From positions 2,160,001 to 2,192,000 of the forward strand of contig NZ_CP027570.1 of NCBI RefSeq assembly GCF_003010495.1: a DNA stretch of 32,000 nt. The letters run 5' to 3'. Source of the stretch: Megasphaera elsdenii DSM 20460 (lineage in GTDB: Bacteria; Bacillota; Negativicutes; Veillonellales; Megasphaeraceae). The stretch's first letter is position 1. Each line of letters opens with the position of its first letter. Made by a program: the position numbers and the translations under genes. The notes under the pieces were generated by a model. The model was not told the DNA's origin, did not search any database, and worked only from the letters and a program-made list of their open reading frames with translations. Of this stretch, positions 26,254 through 32,000 are shown one piece after another.

Positions 26254-27276
26254 ATGGCTAAAAAAACGACGGACATCGCGTCTGTACTGGCGTTTGAAAA
26301 AAAGATGGTAGCTTCAGATGCTTATATGTACAGTACGACTTGGGAAAACAAAGAAGCAGTACCCATTCAATTGGTAGAAAAATCCGTACGCGGTACGATT
26401 TCCAATCGTTTGAACAAAGCGGCGGTCCGGAATGATCCGCTGAAACTTAATGCAGAAGTGCAGAAACCGAATCTGCAGACGGTTGACAGTGCCGCCCTTC
26501 CTCTTGAGCAAGATACGCTGAAACTTTGCTTTACATTGAAATTTTTAGCAGGTGTGCAGAACCCTTCGGCCTGCAATAATTCGACTCACTACGCGGGAAT
26601 CCAGAAGATGGGGCAGGGCTATATTGAAAAATATGGTTTCAAGGAAGTAGCCAAGCGATATGCTATGAACTTAGCCAATGGCCGGTTTTTATGGCGCAAT
26701 CGTATTGGTGCTGAAAAAATCGAAATTGTTGTTTCTATGGATGAAGAAAATAAATCGTGGACGTTTGATGCCTATCAATATGATTTAAAATCTTTTGATC
26801 AGGATGATGAACAAGTCGATGAATTATCTGGTTATATTGCGGATGCTTTATGCGGCAAGAGAAACTATGCGTTTTTTAAAGTCACAGCATATGTCTTGTT
26901 GGGCAGCGGTCAAGATGTTTATCCTAGTGAAGAACTCATTTTAGATAAAGGCCGAGGTAAAAAGAGCAAGGTTTTGTACTCAGTGAATGGTATAGCAGCC
27001 ATGCATTCTCAGAAAATCAGCAATGCCTTACGGACCATTGACACATGGTATCCAGACTATGAAGACGGTATCGGACCAATCGCTATTGAAACCTATGGTT
27101 CTGTAACGGCTTTAGGACGGGCATACCGGACGCCAAAAGACAAAAAAGATTTTTATACGTTATTTGATGCCTGGTCCACAGGCAATGAATTATCTTGCGA
27201 AGAAGATGAACATTACGTCATGGCTGTCCTGGTACGCGGTGGTGTCTTCGGCCAAAGCGGAAAGGATGATGAATGA
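26254..27276 (+). CDS. cas7f: type I-F backbone subunit Cas7f (Csy3)
   Basis: The motifs ASVLAFEKKM, EKSVRGTISNRL, PNLQTVDSAALP, DTLKLCFTLKFL, PSACNN and RYAMNLANGRFLWRNRIGAEKIEIVV are near-collinear with P. aeruginosa Csy3. A GAGGAGG RBS sits upstream. Confidence 0.95.
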   Translation: MAKKTTDIASVLAFEKKMVASDAYMYSTTWENKEAVPIQLVEKSVRGTISNRLNKAAVRNDPLKLNAEVQKPNLQTVDSAALPLEQDTLKLCFTLKFLAGVQNPSACNNSTHYAGIQKMGQGYIEKYGFKEVAKRYAMNLANGRFLWRNRIGAEKIEIVVSMDEENKSWTFDAYQYDLKSFDQDDEQVDELSGYIADALCGKRNYAFFKVTAYVLLGSGQDVYPSEELILDKGRGKKSKVLYSVNGIAAMHSQKISNALRTIDTWYPDYEDGIGPIAIETYGSVTALGRAYRTPKDKKDFYTLFDAWSTGNELSCEEDEHYVMAVLVRGGVFGQSGKDDE

Positions 27277-27839
27277 TGTTTTATCAGGAAATTACGCTGT
27301 ACCCCAGTGCTGAAATTCCCACATCATTCTTGATGACGAAAGTATTCATGCCGCTGCATTTTACCTTAGCATCACAAAAAGAAAAACTAGGGGAAGGGAG
27401 GATAGGCATCTCTTTTCCCAGATACACTGAAGAATCATTGGGGAATAAAGTCCGCATTTTTTCAAAGGAAAGAGAAATACTTGAATCAGCTGACATTCCT
27501 CAAGCCTTGCGTTTCTTGCAGGATTACATCCATCTTACGGCGATTCGAGAGGTGGCCGCTCCTCGTATCAAGGGCTATGCCGTATATCGCCGCTATCAAC
27601 CGGACAGCTCCCGCTTTCGAAAAGCCAAACGTTATGCAAAGAGAAATGGTATATCTTATGAAAAAGCCTTTAAATTGATGAAAACAAAAAAGCCTAGACG
27701 ACTTCCGTACGTGCAGCTGAAAAGCAAAACGACTCAGCAGAAATTCAGCCTTTTCATTGAAAAAATAGAAGCTCCTGCTTGTGAGGGTAATTTTAACGCC
27801 TATGGTCTGAGCCAGCAGGCGACAGTACCGGAATTTTGA
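27273..27839 (+). CDS. cas6f: CRISPR repeat endoribonuclease Cas6f (Csy4)
   Basis: The 188-aa ORF has a catalytic His context (MPLHFTL versus GKLHQAL), RIGISFP, an Arg/Lys-rich helix (SSRFRKAKRYAKRN), LKSKTTQQKFSLFI and a C-terminal AYGLSQQATVPEF (versus CYGLSKGGFVPWF). Confidence 0.93.
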   Translation: MMFYQEITLYPSAEIPTSFLMTKVFMPLHFTLASQKEKLGEGRIGISFPRYTEESLGNKVRIFSKEREILESADIPQALRFLQDYIHLTAIREVAAPRIKGYAVYRRYQPDSSRFRKAKRYAKRNGISYEKAFKLMKTKKPRRLPYVQLKSKTTQQKFSLFIEKIEAPACEGNFNAYGLSQQATVPEF

Positions 27840-27989
27840 GGAAAATCATGTTTGATTGCCCCAAAAATTAATAAGTATCTTAAAATCAAGGAAACAAGCG
27901 GATCTTTGCCGTCTCAGAAAATTTTTGGTAAAATGAAAAAGAACGCTTGACAGTAAGTGGCTGTGCGAATTTGCGCATGTTGTCCTACA
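27840..27989 (+). promoter_or_regulatory. leader of CRISPR array 2 with a putative promoter
   Basis: This is a 150-nt AT-rich stretch. It reads TTGCCG (27906-27911), a 17-nt spacer, then TGgTAAAAT (-10 at 27929-27934), about 55 nt before the first repeat. Confidence 0.5.
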
Positions 27990-29638
27990 GTTATCTGCCG
28001 CACAGGCAGTTTAGAAATGTTATTGCCGATTATTCCGCAAATGGGCAACGTTATCTGCCGCACAGGCAGTTTAGAAAAATCCAAGATTCCGTTGCGGTAT
28101 ATTCTGAACGTTATCTGCCGCACAGGCAGTTTAGAAAAAATACGTTGTTGATGTCGCATCACTGCATAGCGTTATCTGCCGCACAGGCAGTTTAGAAATT
28201 TCAAGTACTTCCGACTGGAAATCATGTTCAGTTATCTGCCGCACAGGCAGTTTAGAAAGGTGCAAAGGTCCGCGGGTTCTCGATAGTAGCGTTATCTGCC
28301 GCACAGGCAGTTTAGAAAAAAGCCGGTTGATTTCTCGAGCCGTGAAAGGCGTTATCTGCCGCACAGGCAGTTTAGAAAACAAAGACCGATAAAGTAGTCC
28401 AGTAAGGATCGTTATCTGCCGCACAGGCAGTTTAGAAAAGAACCAGGAGAAAAGTGGAAGCACTTCAAAGGTTATCTGCCGCACAGGCAGTTTAGAAAAG
28501 ATAAATGCCACAATTAGGAGCTTCTAGGCCGTTATCTGCCGCACAGGCAGTTTAGAAATGCTAAGGGGTACTGGTATATGTTGCTGACTTGTTATCTGCC
28601 GCACAGGCAGTTTAGAAATTAAAGTCGGTGCTTATCACTATGACTACAGCGTTATCTGCCGCACAGGCAGTTTAGAAATATGGCGGCTGTTACCGTCGGC
28701 AGGGGTCCAAGTTATCTGCCGCACAGGCAGTTTAGAAAGCAGGCCGACCCCGTGGCAACGACCGTCAACGGTTATCTGCCGCACAGGCAGTTTAGAAAAT
28801 ACAACTCATGACTGCCGGCATACAGTGGCTGTTATCTGCCGCACAGGCAGTTTAGAAAAGTTCCGCCACAATGTCCAGATGGCGCATGAAGTTATCTGCC
28901 GCACAGGCAGTTTAGAAAATAAGCGGTTGATTTTCTGCCGGCTGAACGTAGTTATCTGCCGCACAGGCAGTTTAGAAATCTATCGTCATAGGAATGAATA
29001 CAGCAAAAATGTTATCTGCCGCACAGGCAGTTTAGAAAACGAAAGGACGGCGAAAAGAATTGCTGGACCAGTTATCTGCCGCACAGGCAGTTTAGAAATG
29101 TGAGATGAGAGTCAGCCCGGGGTCTAACATGTTATCTGCCGCACAGGCAGTTTAGAAAAAAAGGGAAACGGATGGCTGCACCCAAACATTGTTATCTGCC
29201 GCACAGGCAGTTTAGAAAAATTCGCAATTAAGCGTGAGATGGCCACGACGGTTATCTGCCGCACAGGCAGTTTAGAAAAGAACTTCAAAGCTTGGCTTTC
29301 GTTTGCCATTGTTATCTGCCGCACAGGCAGTTTAGAAATGCATGATGAGCATGGACTTCATACCGTAACCGTTATCTGCCGCACAGGCAGTTTAGAAATT
29401 CTCAGCTTAGGGAGAAGCAAACGAACCCGAGTTATCTGCCGCACAGGCAGTTTAGAAATGTCCCATGTCACTAAAGCCATTGTCTGCATAGTTATCTGCC
29501 GCACAGGCAGTTTAGAAATGTACCATGACCGGTGTTCCCTTGAAGACGGCGTTATCTGCCGCACAGGCAGTTTAGAAAATTTTGTCCGAATATGTTGTAG
29601 ACAGCTCTTTGTTATCTGCCGCACAGGCAGTTGAAAAT
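27990..29638 (+). CRISPR. CRISPR array 2, type I-F-like 28-nt repeat, 28 repeats / 27 spacers
   Basis: The repeat is GTTATCTGCCGCACAGGCAGTTTAGAAA. Repeats start at 27990, 28050 and 28110, then every 60 nt from 28171 to 29611. Spacers are 32 nt, with one of 33 nt at 28138-28170. The last repeat is degenerate (…GGCAGTTGAAAAT), which puts the leader at the cas6f side and transcription on the + strand. Confidence 0.98.
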
Positions 29639-29662
29639 TTACTGTTGGATAGAGGTGGTTGT

Positions 29663-30646
29663 ATGAAACAGCAAGTCGAGACCGCAGCTTTGAAAGCTAT
29701 TTTACATTCTAAGCGGGCGAATATATATTATTTGGATAAATGCCGGGTCATGCAGAAGGATGGACGGGTTGTCTATTTGACGGAAGGAAAAAAGGAAAAT
29801 CTTTATTGGAATATCCCTATTGCGAATACAACGGTTATTTTGTTGGGAACCGGCACTTCTATTACGCAGGCGGCGATGCGGCTTTTGGCGAGTGCCGGCG
29901 TCCTTGTTGGCTTTTGCGGCGGCGGGGGAACTCCTTTATTTGCAGGCACTGAAGTGGAATGGCTTAATCCGCAGAGTGAATATCGGCCGACAAGCTATGT
30001 ACAGGGCTGGCTTTCATTTTGGTTTGATGAAGCCCGGCGGTTGGCAGTAGCAAAACACTTTCAACAACAGCGCTGTTCATTTTTGCAGCGCACTTGGGAG
30101 AAAGACCGGGAACTTTCCGATTACGGTTTTTATTTTGATGATCCTGAAGTAGAAGATGCAATAACACTTTATAAAAAAGGAATCGAAAAGGCGGCGTCGA
30201 TTTCGGAGTTATTGAGCAAAGAAGCTGCTTTTACGAAGAAACTGTACAAATATGCGGCTGCATTGACGGATTTTCCGGATTTTTCTCGAAATAGAGACAG
30301 CGGTGATTGGGCCAATATCTTTTTAAATCACGGTAATTATCTGGCTTACGGCTTAGCGGCTTGTACGCTCTGGGTTTTGGGCATTCCTCATGGTTTTGCG
30401 GTAATGCACGGCAAGACGCGGCGCGGTGCCCTGGTCTTTGATGTTGCCGATTTAATTAAGGATGCTATTGTATTGCCCTGGGCTTTTATCTGTGCTTACG
30501 AAGGAATGGCCGGACAGGAATTTCGTCAGACTTGTCTGCAGAAATTTACGGAACATCATGCCATGGATTTTATGTTTGAAGAAGTAAAGCAATGCAGTCT
30601 TATGTACTATAAAGCAGGTGATTCTCATGATGGTATTATTTACTAG
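29663..30646 (+). CDS. cas1: type I-F Cas1 integrase
   Basis: The motifs LKAILHSKRANIYYL, YWNIPIANTTVILLGTGTSITQAAMRLLASAGVLVGFCGGGGTPLF, LNPQSEYRPT, NHGNYLAYGLAA and HGKTRRGALVFDVADLIKD are near-collinear with P. aeruginosa Cas1. The start at 29663 follows an AGAGGTGG RBS. The 29582 start in the ORF track lies inside the array. Confidence 0.95.
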   Translation: MKQQVETAALKAILHSKRANIYYLDKCRVMQKDGRVVYLTEGKKENLYWNIPIANTTVILLGTGTSITQAAMRLLASAGVLVGFCGGGGTPLFAGTEVEWLNPQSEYRPTSYVQGWLSFWFDEARRLAVAKHFQQQRCSFLQRTWEKDRELSDYGFYFDDPEVEDAITLYKKGIEKAASISELLSKEAAFTKKLYKYAAALTDFPDFSRNRDSGDWANIFLNHGNYLAYGLAACTLWVLGIPHGFAVMHGKTRRGALVFDVADLIKDAIVLPWAFICAYEGMAGQEFRQTCLQKFTEHHAMDFMFEEVKQCSLMYYKAGDSHDGIIY

Positions 30647-32000
30647 CCGAAGTGAAAAGAAAGCGATTCCTATCGTGCGGCGGATTTTGGATTGTTTTGC
30701 CGACCGGATTGGAAACGATACGTGGCAAACGGTCATTACCCATGAAGGCCTGCAGGCAGTGAATAGACTGCTGCGTCGGACTGCGACGAAGAGTACCGCT
30801 GTTTCCTGCCGTTGGATACGCTCCCGCAGCCGCAGCCAGCTTTTGTGGATTGTCGGCAATCGGCAGCGCTTTGACAGTGAAGGCCGGGTCCCTGTGAATT
30901 GGACTGCTAAAAATATCTTGCACAACGAACGGGAAAATGAATGGTCGCGTATGCCCGAGCTGAAGGCGCTGACTGCACTGGCTTCGTTACTGCACGACTG
31001 GGGGAAATGCTCGGATTATTTTCAGGCTAAACTGCGGGAACATCGCCTTAGTGCCGATCCATTCCGGCACGAATGGATTTCGTGTAAGCTTCTGGAAGCC
31101 GTCGTGCACCTTAGCCAGGCGGAAAACGATGATGCAAAATGGCTGACGAATTTGGCTAGTGGGAATATCCGCGATACGGACCTGCAGCAGACTATGATGG
31201 AGACAGAGCAAAGGCGATTGGAACCGCTGCCGCCTGTAGCGGAATATTTGGCGTGGATTATTTTGTCCCACCATCGTTTGCCGCTGTTGGATAAGGAAAC
31301 GAGAAACGAATATCGGGAGGAAGCTGCATTATCGTTTGAAGAGATGTTCCGTCGCCTGCAGGCCCATTGGGGCTATGAAACGGAGACGGGCAAAGCGGAA
31401 AGAGAAGCTTGTTTTACATTCTCTCATGGTTTACTGTGTGATGATGGGAAGCGCTGGCAAAAGGAAGTTAAAAAATGGGCGGGACGATTGGCAGGTATGA
31501 AACTCGATGTTCCGGATAAAATACGGCCGCTCCTTTTGTACAGCCGTCTGTGCCTGATGCTGGCGGACCATTATATTTCATCGCAAGCGGCAGAGGATGC
31601 TAAAAATTGGGATGTCCCTGCCCTGTGGGCGAATACGGACGGCACTAAGAAGAGAAAACAGTATTTAGAGGAACATCTTGTCCGTGTTATGAAGCAGGCT
31701 TTGACGATTGCTCACTCTTTGCCGCAGCTGCAGCAGAAGATGGAAAGGGTCTGTGAAAATGCTTTTTTAAAAAAGCAGAGCAAAGAACGGCGCTTTCAGT
31801 GGCAGGATAAAGCCGTTGCGGCGATTCACCATTTTCGCAGTCAGCAAGAAGGCGATACGGCGTATTTTGTAGTGAACATAGCGAGCACGGGCTGTGGGAA
31901 AACAATGGCGAATGCGAAAATAATGCAGGCTCTTTCGAAAGATGAGAAATCACTGCGCTATATATTGGCCTTGGGATTGCGTACGCTTACGCTGCAGACG
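30627..32000 (+). CDS. cas3f: Cas2-Cas3 fusion (type I-F signature nuclease-helicase), 3' end beyond the window
   Basis: The frame is open from the ATG at 30627 (20-nt overlap with cas1) to the window end. The Cas2-like N-terminus is MMVLFTSRSEKKAIPIVRRILDCFADRIGNDTWQTVIT...AVSCRWIRSRSRSQLLWIVGN. The HD motifs are ASLLHDWGKCSDYFQAKL and FRHEWIS. The helicase region starts with NIASTGCGKT, and the window ends in LGLRTLTLQT. The ORF is absent from the ORF track because it has no stop in the window. Confidence 0.92.
   Translation, partial: MMVLFTSRSEKKAIPIVRRILDCFADRIGNDTWQTVITHEGLQAVNRLLRRTATKSTAVSCRWIRSRSRSQLLWIVGNRQRFDSEGRVPVNWTAKNILHNERENEWSRMPELKALTALASLLHDWGKCSDYFQAKLREHRLSADPFRHEWISCKLLEAVVHLSQAENDDAKWLTNLASGNIRDTDLQQTMMETEQRRLEPLPPVAEYLAWIILSHHRLPLLDKETRNEYREEAALSFEEMFRRLQAHWGYETETGKAEREACFTFSHGLLCDDGKRWQKEVKKWAGRLAGMKLDVPDKIRPLLLYSRLCLMLADHYISSQAAEDAKNWDVPALWANTDGTKKRKQYLEEHLVRVMKQALTIAHSLPQLQQKMERVCENAFLKKQSKERRFQWQDKAVAAIHHFRSQQEGDTAYFVVNIASTGCGKTMANAKIMQALSKDEKSLRYILALGLRTLTLQT

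Noticed and set aside
27903-27925. A repeat-like fragment in the array 2 leader (ATCTTTGCCGTCTCAGAAAA versus ATCTGCCGCACAGGCAGTTTAGAAA). A similar GTCACTGCAACCTGCATAAATT lies in the array 1 leader. Both were considered as degenerate orphan repeats or mini-arrays.
   Set aside because: The alignment needs several gaps, and the stem-loop is not preserved. The similarity is too weak to tell from chance without statistics.
28439-29310. The last 12 nt of array 2 spacer 8 (AGCACTTCAAAG) and the first 12 nt of spacer 22 (AGAACTTCAAAG) match at 11/12, suggesting overlapping protospacers.
   Set aside because: A shared 9-mer among about 40 spacers on both strands is expected by chance, by my rough estimate of one to a few. 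The dinucleotide preceding the shared segment in spacer 8 is GA, not a CC PAM.
23473-29634. ORFs in the ORF track that run through the CRISPR arrays, for example 23473-23718, 23752-23991, 27914-28511, 28825-29103 and 29239-29634. They have periodic peptides such as LNCLLGRY, VICRTGSLE and SKLPVRQIT.
   Set aside because: The periodic peptides are simply the 28-nt repeat translated every 60 nt. None has an RBS, and their frames depend on spacer lengths.
6710-29662. 5' extensions in the ORF track at 6710, 7289, 10712, 11559, 14043, 17124 and 29582.
   Set aside because: The extensions run through terminators, upstream genes or CRISPR repeats. Internal Met codons with proper RBS spacing, where family-conserved N-termini begin, are better starts (6773, 7334, 10784, 11583, 14196, 17391, 29663).
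24204-32000. Whether the locus could be a Tn7-associated I-F3 (CAST) or a minimal I-F2 variant.
   Set aside because: cas1 and a cas2/3 fusion with an intact HD motif are present. cas8f and cas5f are separate genes, and a Cas8f with Csy1 motifs exists. No tns-like genes appear in the window. This fits I-F1.

Overview
This window has two parts with very different base composition.

Part 1 (1-23040) is GC-rich chromosome. A spot count gives 42/60 G+C at 481-540. The housekeeping gene order is Firmicutes-type: uppS-cdsA-dxr-rseP-ispG-proS, marR, a hypothetical, a mazG/yabN-like gene, hup, a UgtP-like glycosyltransferase, a TSUP permease, an SDR, a DUF697-like/DUF1232 pair, a thioesterase, murI, a membrane hypothetical, a CofE-like protein, rdgB, ysnB-like, speD and a class II aldolase. 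On the minus strand are rqcH, a YibE/F membrane protein and a 5'-truncated metallophosphoesterase. A Negativicutes-like host is only a guess from synteny and GC.

Part 2 (23041-32000) is AT-rich (23/60 G+C at 24241-24300). It carries a complete type I-F1 CRISPR-Cas locus, all on the + strand: leader, array 1 (14 repeats), cas8f-cas5f-cas7f-cas6f, leader, array 2 (28 repeats), cas1, then cas2/3, which runs off the window.

I do not see a gene set I could defend as a new system. The cas proteins match canonical Csy/Cas1/Cas2-3 at motif level.

The observations most worth a second look are:
- the non-canonical split layout of the I-F locus;
- the island junction that decapitates a host gene;
- cas1 sitting 24 nt after the terminal repeat of array 2 with no visible promoter;
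- a pair of related heptamer-repeat palindromic elements bracketing rqcH;
- a 20-nt tandem repeat over the yibE/F stop codon.

All calls come from reading the sequence and the ORF track. No searches were run.
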